Below, one piece after another: positions 10,000 through 17,800 of a DNA stretch of 64,000 bases (the first letter of the stretch is position 1; each line of letters opens with the position of its first letter). Position numbers and translations under genes: made by a program. This stretch comes from Cystobacterineae bacterium (GTDB lineage Bacteria > Myxococcota > Myxococcia > Myxococcales > Myxococcaceae): NCBI GenBank assembly GCA_009781495.1, contig WQYA01000005.1:5810-69809 (forward strand), read 5' to 3'. The notes below the pieces were generated by a model. It worked only from the letters and a program-made list of their open reading frames with translations, had not been told where the DNA came from and did not search any database.

Positions 10000-10992
10000 A
10001 TGGTCCAATTGCTGAATGGGGTTGTGGGTTATATTTGGCTGGCCGTTTTAGGGTTATGCATCGGTAGTTTTTTAAATGTGGTTATTGTGAGACTGCCTGA
10101 AGGGCGCAGCCTTTGGAAACCACGCTCTCGCTGCATGGCGTGCCAAACGCAAATTGCTTGGTTTGATAACCTACCTGTTTTTTCTTGGATTTTTCTCAAA
10201 GGGCGATGTCGGCACTGCAAGCAAAACATATCCATTCAATACCCTATTGTTGAATTTTCATCTTCCCTCTTGTTCTTGCTATGTCTTTGGCGTTTTGGTT
10301 GGACATTTGAGTTGTTTTGCGCACTTATTCTGCTCATTTTTGTTTTGCCGCTCACTGTCATTGATGCCAAGCACTGGATTTTGCCGTTTGAATTGACTTT
10401 GCCCGGTATTGCTGCCGGTTTGTTATGTGGTTTATTTCAAGGTTGGCCTGGCGTTGAGTCGGCGGCGATAGGGGCGTTGGCGGGGTTTTTGGCCTTTCGT
10501 TTATTAGAATATTTAGGGTGGCTGATTTTCCGTAAAGAGGCACTGGGGGGGGGGGACAAATATTTACTTGCGCTTTTAGGGGCATTTTTAGGTTGGAAGG
10601 CTTTGCTGAGCGTTTTGTTTTTTGCTTCCCTGCAGGGGGCATTGTTTGGCGGCCTCAAATTGTTGCTTACAGGCCGTGCGGGGCCCAGTGCGGGGCTTTC
10701 TGAAGCCGAGGAAGCCTTGCCCGAGCCCACGTTTTTGCCGGCTTTTTTGCGTCCAGGACTTCGGTTTTGGAAACGTTTGGGCCTTATTCCCTATACCTTG
10801 TTTTTTCAACCCATTCCTGATGATTTTATGAATGAAGAGGAGGCTTCTTCGGAGGAGGAATGGCAGCCTGGGGTGACGAATATGCCCTTTGGCCCGTGGC
10901 TGGCACTCGCCGGACTGGAATATCTGTTGCTGGCGCCCCATGTGCAGCGTTTGCTTGAAGGCACGAGTTTGTCTTGGCTTTTTTCGGTGTGA
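10000..10992 (+). CDS. pilD: prepilin peptidase / N-methyltransferase PilD (A24 family)
   Basis: N-terminal Cys pairs CMACQ...CRHC, first Asp motif VIDAKHWILP and second Asp motif GGGDKYLLALLGAFLGW. Contains a ~68-aa insertion before the terminal PFGPWLALAG. Confidence 0.85.
   Translation: MVQLLNGVVGYIWLAVLGLCIGSFLNVVIVRLPEGRSLWKPRSRCMACQTQIAWFDNLPVFSWIFLKGRCRHCKQNISIQYPIVEFSSSLLFLLCLWRFGWTFELFCALILLIFVLPLTVIDAKHWILPFELTLPGIAAGLLCGLFQGWPGVESAAIGALAGFLAFRLLEYLGWLIFRKEALGGGDKYLLALLGAFLGWKALLSVLFFASLQGALFGGLKLLLTGRAGPSAGLSEAEEALPEPTFLPAFLRPGLRFWKRLGLIPYTLFFQPIPDDFMNEEEASSEEEWQPGVTNMPFGPWLALAGLEYLLLAPHVQRLLEGTSLSWLFSV
10545..10555 (+). repeat. G11 homopolymer inside pilD
   Basis: Eleven consecutive G, counted directly. 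They encode L-GGG-D of the catalytic GxGD motif. Confidence 0.95.
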
Positions 10993-11073
10993 AGCCCGAA
11001 GTCGACAACACCCCTGCTTCGTTGAAGCGTGTCTCTCTATGAAAGACGAGGCATGGGCCTTGTCCCTGTTTTT

Positions 11074-11715
11074 TTATAACTGCGCCAGAAGGGCCTGGGC
11101 CACCTCCAGGGGCTTGGGCGCTTTCCAGAGGGCCGAAACCACGGCGACGCCCGCCAGGGGGGGAGGCACGGCAGGAGGAGGGGAGGACACGCTTTTCAAT
11201 TGCCCTTGCAACGCTTGCAAAGTTTCAGGGTCCATGCCCCCCAAAGCCCAGGCGGGGCAGGGCAGTTGTTGCGCAAGGCGCCCAAAACCCGCGGGGCCCA
11301 AAGTGGAGCGGGTGTCTTCCGGTTTGGAGCCGGGAGAAAAAACGGGAGAAAGCAGCGCGAAGTTGGCCCCCCGGGCCTTTTGGGCCTCCGCCTCGTTGTG
11401 CACAGCGACAGAAATCATCTGGCGGGGGGGCAGGTGGGGGCGTATTTGGGGAGGGCTTAGGCCATAGCCAGGCAGGTGGAGGTGGGCCTCCAAAGCCAAG
11501 GCCATATCCAAACGACGGTGGACGAAAAAAGCGACGTGGGCACTGCGGCACAGCTTGGCCAGTTGCTGCGCTTGCTCAAAATAACTTCGGGCATGGCTTG
11601 TGGTGTCGCGAAACAAAAGCCCCAACCGCTCCCCCAGCGGCAGCAGCTGCTCCAACTTGCGCAGCCAGCCGTCCTCCAGAGGGCCCGGGGAAATGGCCAA
11701 AAGTTGCATCTTCAT
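11074..11715 (-). CDS. thiE: thiamine-phosphate synthase-like protein
   Basis: 213 aa with a ThiE/TenI-like TIM-barrel pattern (ISVAVHN, ALLSPVF..SK, ALGGM). Lies immediately downstream of thiS-thiG. Confidence 0.65.
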   Translation of the reverse strand: MKMQLLAISPGPLEDGWLRKLEQLLPLGERLGLLFRDTTSHARSYFEQAQQLAKLCRSAHVAFFVHRRLDMALALEAHLHLPGYGLSPPQIRPHLPPRQMISVAVHNEAEAQKARGANFALLSPVFSPGSKPEDTRSTLGPAGFGRLAQQLPCPAWALGGMDPETLQALQGQLKSVSSPPPAVPPPLAGVAVVSALWKAPKPLEVAQALLAQL

Positions 11716-11784
11716 GCGGGTGTCTCAGTTTTCCTTCCCATAAACCCAACCCCTGCCCGAAATTCCAAAAAAACACCCCCTGCC

Positions 11785-12618
11785 TCACACCCCACTTCCC
11801 ACAAGTCCTGTCATGGGGCTTGAAGCCGAAGCATAGGCGCGCATGGGAATGCGGCCGGCCACAAAGGCCTCGCGGCCCGCTTCAACGGCCATACGCATGG
11901 CCTGGGCCATACGCGTGGGGTGCTTGGCCTCTGCAATGGCCGTATTCATCAGAATGGCGTCACACCCCAACTCCATGGCAAAAGCCGCGTCCGAGGCGGT
12001 GCCCACACCCGCGTCGACGACAACCGGCACCTTGGCCGCCTCCACAATGAGGCGTATGTTGTTGGGGTTGCGTATGCCCAACCCGGAGCCAATGGGCGCC
12101 GCCAGCGGCATGACGGCCGCGCAACCCATGTCCTCCAGCTTTTTGCAGGCCACCACGTCGTCCGTCACATAGGGCAAAACGACAAAACCCTCTTTGACGA
12201 GAATGCGGGCGGCCTTGAGGGTTTCTTCAACGTCGGGAAAGAGGGTTTTGGTGTCGCCAATAACTTCCAACTTTATCCAATTGGAAAGCCCCAATTCAGC
12301 GGCGAGGCGGGCCGTGCGCACCGCTTCTTCAGCGGAATAACAAGCGGCTGTGTTGGGCAAAAGCTGAATGCGGCTCCTGTCAATCCAATGCAGCAGGGAC
12401 TTTTCGCCCGAAGCCTTCAAGTCCATACGGCGCACCGCCACCGTCACCACTTCGGTTTCCGCCAGTTGGTGACAGTTTTGCATGGTTTCAAAGTCGGTAT
12501 ATTTGCCCGTCCCCACCATGAGGCGCGACTGGAAAACGCGCCCGGCAATACGCAGGGGTTTATTTATAATGGGGGCCTCTTCCAGGGGGAGCAGTTCCCC
12601 CTTTAGCTCTAGGTTCAT
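11785..12618 (-). CDS. thiG: thiazole synthase
   Basis: 277 aa with ThiG-typical [32 protein letters not shown] and [13 protein letters not shown]. Confidence 0.9.
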   Translation of the reverse strand: MNLELKGELLPLEEAPIINKPLRIAGRVFQSRLMVGTGKYTDFETMQNCHQLAETEVVTVAVRRMDLKASGEKSLLHWIDRSRIQLLPNTAACYSAEEAVRTARLAAELGLSNWIKLEVIGDTKTLFPDVEETLKAARILVKEGFVVLPYVTDDVVACKKLEDMGCAAVMPLAAPIGSGLGIRNPNNIRLIVEAAKVPVVVDAGVGTASDAAFAMELGCDAILMNTAIAEAKHPTRMAQAMRMAVEAGREAFVAGRIPMRAYASASSPMTGLVGSGV

Positions 12619-12819
12619 CTATCCTCCTCCTACGAAGCTAACCACTTCAAGCCGGTCGCCTTCGCACAGTTGGGTATTCGCGTGCTGCTGTCTTCTCACG
12701 AGTTGGCCGTTCCTTTCAACAGCGACAGGCTGCCCCTCAAGGCCGAGTTGCACAAGCAAGGCAGCCACGGACATGGGGGCCTCAAGGGTCCTCTTTTCGC
12801 CGTTCAGAAGAATTTCCAT
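12619..12819 (-). CDS. thiS: sulfur carrier protein ThiS
   Basis: 66 aa from MEILLNGEK to the C-terminal VGGG-stop (beta-grasp carrier with a terminal Gly-Gly). Directly abuts the thiG start. The ORF track start at 12837 is an alternative. Confidence 0.75.
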   Translation of the reverse strand: MEILLNGEKRTLEAPMSVAALLVQLGLEGQPVAVERNGQLVRRQQHANTQLCEGDRLEVVSFVGGG

Positions 12820-13076
12820 TTTGCCGCTATAGCCCAAAGCCCCGGGGTTGGGGGGTCAAATTTGCCGCCTCCCCCCACCTTCCTTCCTGTATTTCCATAC
12901 ATTTTACTCAAGGCCATGGGCATAAAGGGAAGGAAAAGGGAAGGGGTAGCGCCGTTTATGCGTGGGTACGACAAAAAGGATATATTGTGGTTTGAATACA
13001 GGCGAGCAAGGAAGGTGTACGTTATTTAGAGTGCAGAGTGTTGGACTTGTATTGTCGTGAAGCCTAAGAGAAGCCT

Positions 13077-14516
13077 ATGCGGAGAAAAGCGGTTTTGTTT
13101 TTTTGGTTATGTGCTTTTTCGGCCTGGGCCCAGCAGGTGGTGGTATTGGAGTTTCAGGGCGACGTAGGGGGGCGTCTGGGCAAGCAAATGGAAGACGCGC
13201 TTTGGGAGTATGAAAGCTTGAAGCCCATGCCTCGCCAGGCGTTTATGCGTGAGGCTTTGAAGGCGGGCAGCGCGGAAATAAAAACAGCGGCGGGGTTTGC
13301 GCGTGCAGCTTCCCATGTGAAGGAAGTTTCCATCGCTGTTTGGGGCAGGGTGGGGGGGGGCAGTGTGGAAATATTTATTTGGGACAAAGCGGGCCACCAG
13401 CTTTGGAGCCGTCACCTGCCGTTGGAGGGGGGCTTGTTGACGCAGGCGCTTTCGCAACGTTTGGCCAAGGCCATTGTTGTTGCCGTCCATGTACAAAACG
13501 AGGACGAAGCTGCCCCGCCGGAGAAAGAAACCCAACCCCTCAAACCCCAGGTGGCTTCTCCAAAGAAGGCTGGGGAGCCGAAGCAGGGGGCGATAGCGGA
13601 AATTCCATCTCTGGACTTCAGCGCTTCTGAAGAGTTGCACCCGCCGCCGCCGCCGCCACAACAACAACAACCTCCCCCCTCCTCCTCTCTGTCTTCTACG
13701 CCACCGCCTGCCGCTTCCCCCTCCCCCTCGCGGGCCCGGTTTTTACGTGTACACTTGCTGGGCAATGTTTCATGGCATTCGTTGTGCGCGCGCCCTGGGG
13801 TGGATTCCTGTGGCGCTTTTGACAGAATGCCCCTGCCAAGGCCGACGGGGACGACGATGGGGTTTTCTTCAGGAGCCTATGGGGGGATGTCTTTGCAAGT
13901 GGAATATTTCCCATTGGCTTTGCATACGCTTTCTGCGTGGAAGGGTTTAGGGCTTCGTTTAGAGGGGGGGTTTGGCCAGGCGACGAAGGATTTTGTCTCC
14001 GAAGCCGACATTCTTTTGCCTCAACGGACGGTTCAAGAATTCCATTGGTCCGCCGAAGTCCTCTACCGTTATTTCTTTTTAGAGCCCTCTTCGAATGGCA
14101 TAGGCCTGCATGCTTCGCTGAGCATTGGCTATGCAGGGAAGGATTTTTTAAACAAAGGTTTGCCGCCGCCCAATGTACGCAGACGCTCTATGGAGATGGG
14201 GCTAGACGCCGAGTTGGCTTTGCTGTCCTATCTACGCCTGGGGTGCTATGCCAATATATTTATCCAACCTAAACCTGGGGATTCCATAGCCCGCGCCTAT
14301 GGTGAGGCCAGCAGTTTCGGCTATAGGCTGGGGGGGACCCTTTCCGGGAAGATTTATGGTCCCTTAAGCTACCGTTTAGAGGTGGCCTGGAATGCCTACA
14401 AGGACACATTTTCAAGCGCGAGCCGGGAGTGGCCTGCTTGCAATGAGAGCCAGTGTGGAGGTGTTGTACAAGAAACCTATCTCTCGTTGAGAGGCGGACT
14501 GCAGCTGGAATTCTAG
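13077..14516 (+). CDS. putative outer-membrane beta-barrel protein with Pro/Gln/Ser-rich linker
   Basis: Signal peptide MRRKAVLFFWLCAFSAWAQQ, a low-complexity stretch HPPPPPPQQQQPPPSSSLSSTPPPAASPSPS, alternating-hydrophobicity C-terminal half, and a terminal ...LQLEF (aromatic last residue). Confidence 0.5.
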   Translation: MRRKAVLFFWLCAFSAWAQQVVVLEFQGDVGGRLGKQMEDALWEYESLKPMPRQAFMREALKAGSAEIKTAAGFARAASHVKEVSIAVWGRVGGGSVEIFIWDKAGHQLWSRHLPLEGGLLTQALSQRLAKAIVVAVHVQNEDEAAPPEKETQPLKPQVASPKKAGEPKQGAIAEIPSLDFSASEELHPPPPPPQQQQPPPSSSLSSTPPPAASPSPSRARFLRVHLLGNVSWHSLCARPGVDSCGAFDRMPLPRPTGTTMGFSSGAYGGMSLQVEYFPLALHTLSAWKGLGLRLEGGFGQATKDFVSEADILLPQRTVQEFHWSAEVLYRYFFLEPSSNGIGLHASLSIGYAGKDFLNKGLPPPNVRRRSMEMGLDAELALLSYLRLGCYANIFIQPKPGDSIARAYGEASSFGYRLGGTLSGKIYGPLSYRLEVAWNAYKDTFSSASREWPACNESQCGGVVQETYLSLRGGLQLEF

Positions 14517-14522
14517 AGTGCT

Positions 14523-15200
14523 CTACAGTTGAATAATGCCTTTGCGTAGCCCTTCCGTAACGGCTTCTACACGGTTAGCGACATCTAATTTTCTATAAAT
14601 ATGCTCTAAATGTGTACGTATGGTCGCCTTGGACAGGTTGAGGAGTTTGGCTGCCTCTGCGTTGGAGACGCCTTTGGCGATGAGCAGGAGGATTTCCTGT
14701 TCTCTTTGGGTGAGGGTGGGCGCAGGCTCTTCGGTGGTTTCTATGGAGGTGTCATTGTGGAAGTGGCGCAGCAATTTGCGTGCGAGGTTGGGTTGGATGA
14801 TGGTGCCGCCGGCATGTACTTCATGAATGGCCTCCAAGAGTTTTCGGGCGCCTGAAGCTTTGAGGAGATAGCCGGAAGCGCCGGCGCGAATGGCCTCAAG
14901 GACTTTTTCTTCGTTGTCGAAGACGGTGAAGATGAGCACTTCTGCGCTGGGGCAGGTGGTTTTAATTTCGCGTGTTACAGCGATGCCGTCCATACGAGGG
15001 AGCTCCAAGTCCAAGAGGACGACGTTGGGCCGAAGCTCGGGAATATCGACGACAGCGGATTCACCCGAGAGTGCTGTGCCGACCAGCTCAATTCCGGATG
15101 CGTTTTCGAGGAGTTTGAGCAGGGACTTGAGGATTTGGATTTGGTCTTCGACGATATAGACGCGGATATTTTTAGGGGGGCTATTGGGGGGCATATTCAT
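14523..15200 (-). CDS. response regulator, NarL/LuxR family
   Basis: REC domain (VLLDLELPRMDG) plus a C-terminal LuxR HTH (LTQREQEILLLIAKGVSNAEAAKLLNLSKATIRTHLEHIYRKL). Confidence 0.85.
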   Translation of the reverse strand: MNMPPNSPPKNIRVYIVEDQIQILKSLLKLLENASGIELVGTALSGESAVVDIPELRPNVVLLDLELPRMDGIAVTREIKTTCPSAEVLIFTVFDNEEKVLEAIRAGASGYLLKASGARKLLEAIHEVHAGGTIIQPNLARKLLRHFHNDTSIETTEEPAPTLTQREQEILLLIAKGVSNAEAAKLLNLSKATIRTHLEHIYRKLDVANRVEAVTEGLRKGIIQL

Positions 15201-16495
15201 AGCATAGGGCCGATGAAGGGGGTACTGGGGGAGGCGACAGGGAGGGAGAAGGAGATGAGGGTCCCCCTAAGGGGGCTAGAGCATATATCCATATTTCCAC
15301 CTAAGTTAAGCGCACGCTCCCTAAGGTGGATAAGTCCATAATGCCCGGGTATGGGTTTAGAAGGGTGAAAGCCTATGCCGTCGTCGCTAATGGAAAGGGA
15401 GACGGTGCTGTCGAGGAAGAGCAATTCAACGGTGACGGTTTGCGCCTGGGCGTGCTTGACGACATTGGTCAAAGACTCTTGGAGCACGCGAAAGAGGGTC
15501 AGTTGAGCGGAGGAGGACAGTGTTTTTTCGACGCCCTGTTTTTTAAATTGGACGTTGAGGCGAGAGCGCTCCGCGAAGGCCTGCACATAGTCGCCTAAGC
15601 TTTGTATAAGGTTAAAATCCCCGCGCATCATTTTAACGCTGCGACGCAACTCTTCAATGGAGTCCTCGGCTGTGGATTTAAGCTCGCTGATTTCGCGCGA
15701 CAATTTTTCCTCTTTGGTCAGTTGCAAGAGATATTCGCTTTGAAAAATAAGCGAGCTAAGGGTTGCGCCCAGGCCGTCGTGGATTTCCCGGGCAAGGCGG
15801 TTGCGCTCCTCGGTGAGGGCATGTTTTTGGATATTGGATTGAAGCTCCACAATGGCCTTATGCGCGAGGGTTTCGCGCCCATTGAGATAGACGAGGACAT
15901 AGAGGATGACGAAGTCCAAGGCGAGATACCAGAACAGGGTGAGCACGTCGACGGCGCTGATGCCCTGTTGGAGCAGCTGATCCAAGCGAAGGATGATGGG
16001 CAAAACCAGCAGGGGGGGGAGGATGGAAATAGGTTTAGGGAAGAGGAGGGCAAACAGCATGGTGAAGAGCAGCTGTGTAGCGAGCAGAGGGTTTTCCAAG
16101 CCGCCCTTACCGGATTGGATGATGAGGAGGACGGTGAAGAAGAGGTCCAAGCACAAGGAGCAATAGGTAGCGATACGCCCCGCCACAGGGCGGTGTAAAA
16201 CCGTATAATTCGCCAGGCTATAAAGCCACATAGCGATATAAATACCCAAGGCGATGGGGCTGGAGAGTTTGAAATATTGATTCCACGCGGGGACGATGAA
16301 CATGAGGAAGGCCATTCCCAGGAACAGCAAGCGGGCGAAGAAGAGGGCCCGGGCCCTTGCAATGAAGCGCTCATTGAGCCAGCTGTCTGAAATTTCCTGT
16401 GAGGAAGGCGAGGGGCCGAGCCCCCACTGGCTGAAGGACTCCAAGAGGCTTTTGGGGAGTGCAGGAAGTTTTTCACTGCTGTTTGAGGAAGCCAT
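15197..16495 (-). CDS. membrane sensor histidine kinase (HisKA_3 / NarX-DesK type)
   Basis: About 5 N-terminal TM segments, H-box ERNRLAREIHDGLG, and a HATPase_c region (DDGIGF, GHYGL). Overlaps the regulator gene by 4 nt. Confidence 0.8.
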   Translation of the reverse strand: MASSNSSEKLPALPKSLLESFSQWGLGPSPSSQEISDSWLNERFIARARALFFARLLFLGMAFLMFIVPAWNQYFKLSSPIALGIYIAMWLYSLANYTVLHRPVAGRIATYCSLCLDLFFTVLLIIQSGKGGLENPLLATQLLFTMLFALLFPKPISILPPLLVLPIILRLDQLLQQGISAVDVLTLFWYLALDFVILYVLVYLNGRETLAHKAIVELQSNIQKHALTEERNRLAREIHDGLGATLSSLIFQSEYLLQLTKEEKLSREISELKSTAEDSIEELRRSVKMMRGDFNLIQSLGDYVQAFAERSRLNVQFKKQGVEKTLSSSAQLTLFRVLQESLTNVVKHAQAQTVTVELLFLDSTVSLSISDDGIGFHPSKPIPGHYGLIHLRERALNLGGNMDICSSPLRGTLISFSLPVASPSTPFIGPML

Positions 16496-16532
16496 ATTTT
16501 ATATTTAGCACTTTGTTAAAAAGGGATGAGCG

Positions 16533-17180
16533 ATGAAGAAAGGAATGAGAGCCCTGGTAGTGGGGGCAGGCGGCATAGGTTGCCCTGCCATACTCTCGTT
16601 GGCGCATGGGGGGGTCAGCAAAATATGCATAGCGGATGATGATTATGTAGAAGCCTCCAACCTGCCTCGGCAGCTTTGGCATTGGCCGGAGGATTTGGGA
16701 AGGCCGAAGGTGGACTCTGCCTGCGAGAAATTGAGCAAGCGTTTCCCTGGGGTTTCGTTTGAGCCTTTGTTTTTGAGGGTAGACGGGGGCAATGCGGCCG
16801 CGCTTTTTGCCGAGCACCCTGTGGTGGTGGACGCGACGGACGCGTTGGAGAGCAAGTTGTTGTTTTCGGACATTGCGGCGCGGGGTGGGCGTGTTTTGAT
16901 ATCAGCAGGGGCAGCGGGGTGGCGGGGGCAGGTGATGCGCATAGAGCCGGGGGGGTCGTGTTTAAGGTGTCTTTTCCCCGAGCCGGTACAAGAGGGGGTA
17001 TTACCGAGACAAGCGGGGATATTAGGCCCCCTAGCGGGGCTATTGGGTTTTAGGGCAGCGGCTATGGTACATAAGCCCTTAGGTTTAGGGAGGGGCACCC
17101 TCCACTGGATAGACGCTTTAAGTTGGCGCACAGGGGTTATGCATATAGAGAAAAGCCCTCAATGTCCTTGCCATGGATGA
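16533..17180 (+). CDS. ThiF/MoeB/HesA-family E1-like adenylyltransferase, N-terminally short
   Basis: VVGAGGIGCP, IADDD, NLPRQ, GRPKV, VVDATD, CLRC and a terminal QCPC align colinearly with E. coli ThiF/MoeB. An in-frame stop at 16527-16529 excludes a longer N-terminus. Confidence 0.8.
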   Translation: MKKGMRALVVGAGGIGCPAILSLAHGGVSKICIADDDYVEASNLPRQLWHWPEDLGRPKVDSACEKLSKRFPGVSFEPLFLRVDGGNAAALFAEHPVVVDATDALESKLLFSDIAARGGRVLISAGAAGWRGQVMRIEPGGSCLRCLFPEPVQEGVLPRQAGILGPLAGLLGFRAAAMVHKPLGLGRGTLHWIDALSWRTGVMHIEKSPQCPCHG

Positions 17181-17195
17181 AAGGCGGGAAGCCGC

Positions 17196-17783
17196 GTGGA
17201 AGAGCAGGTGCGTTATTTAAGGCAGCGTTTATTACAGGGCATAGGGGAGGAGGGGCAGGCGCTTTTTTTCGCCACGGAGGTATTGTGTGGGGGGCAAGGC
17301 CCCCTTTTGCAGACGGCGGCGGCCTATTTAGAGGCGGGGGGTATGGGCCTAGCGTGGCACAGGGCGCCCCCAGCGGCCGGGTTTAGGCCCATGTCCTGGG
17401 GTAGGGGTGAAGGGGAGGAGGGTCCCCCCCCCGGTTTAGGTTTAGAGGGGGGACTACCCCCTCTGGCCGTCCCCTCTAAGCAGCGTGGTTTTTTAGGTTG
17501 CCTTCCCTGCGCCTGCCCCGAGGGTATGGACTTTTGGGTACTCCTAGGTTGTTTTAGGGGGAAGCCCGGTTTTGTATTTGCGCGGGGCCGAGACAAGAAG
17601 CCCTTTTTGGACAAGGCGCTGGAGAGGGGCGCCGCTTTGGAAGGGGAGCCTTTGCCGGCGCATTGGGCATTGGCTGCTTGGGCCGCATTGGCGTTTGAGA
17701 AGCTTGCTTTGGGGCTTATGCCGGCGCTAGGGGGTGGCAGCCTAGGCCCATGGGGGGAGGTAGAGCTATGGGAGGGGCCATAG
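17196..17783 (+). CDS. degenerate E1-like (ThiF-fold) paralogue, probably non-catalytic
   Basis: The N-terminus VRYLRQRLLQGIGEEGQ matches the RYxRQ helix of MoeB/ThiF. It is followed by a decayed Gly loop LCGGQGPLL..AAYLEAGGMG, a CLPC at the CxxC position, and a C-terminal helix AAWAALAFEKLALGL. Catalytic Asp/Arg/Lys landmarks are missing. The region is GC-rich with many shadow ORFs, so confidence is moderate. Confidence 0.45.
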   Translation: MEEQVRYLRQRLLQGIGEEGQALFFATEVLCGGQGPLLQTAAAYLEAGGMGLAWHRAPPAAGFRPMSWGRGEGEEGPPPGLGLEGGLPPLAVPSKQRGFLGCLPCACPEGMDFWVLLGCFRGKPGFVFARGRDKKPFLDKALERGAALEGEPLPAHWALAAWAALAFEKLALGLMPALGGGSLGPWGEVELWEGP

Positions 17784-17800
17784 GCCTAAAGCCTGGGGTT

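Noticed and set aside
12820-13076. Possible TPP (THI-box) riboswitch in the thiS leader. The minus strand contains GCCCAUGGCCUUGAGU and AUGGAAAUACAGGAAGG, which loosely resemble GGCUGAGA and CUGGAUAAUGCCAGCGUAGGGAA.
   Set aside because: The ACCUGAUCUGG / CCAGCG pairing partners and the ACCC element are absent, so the P4/P5 helices cannot be drawn. Resemblance is limited to a few purine-rich letters.
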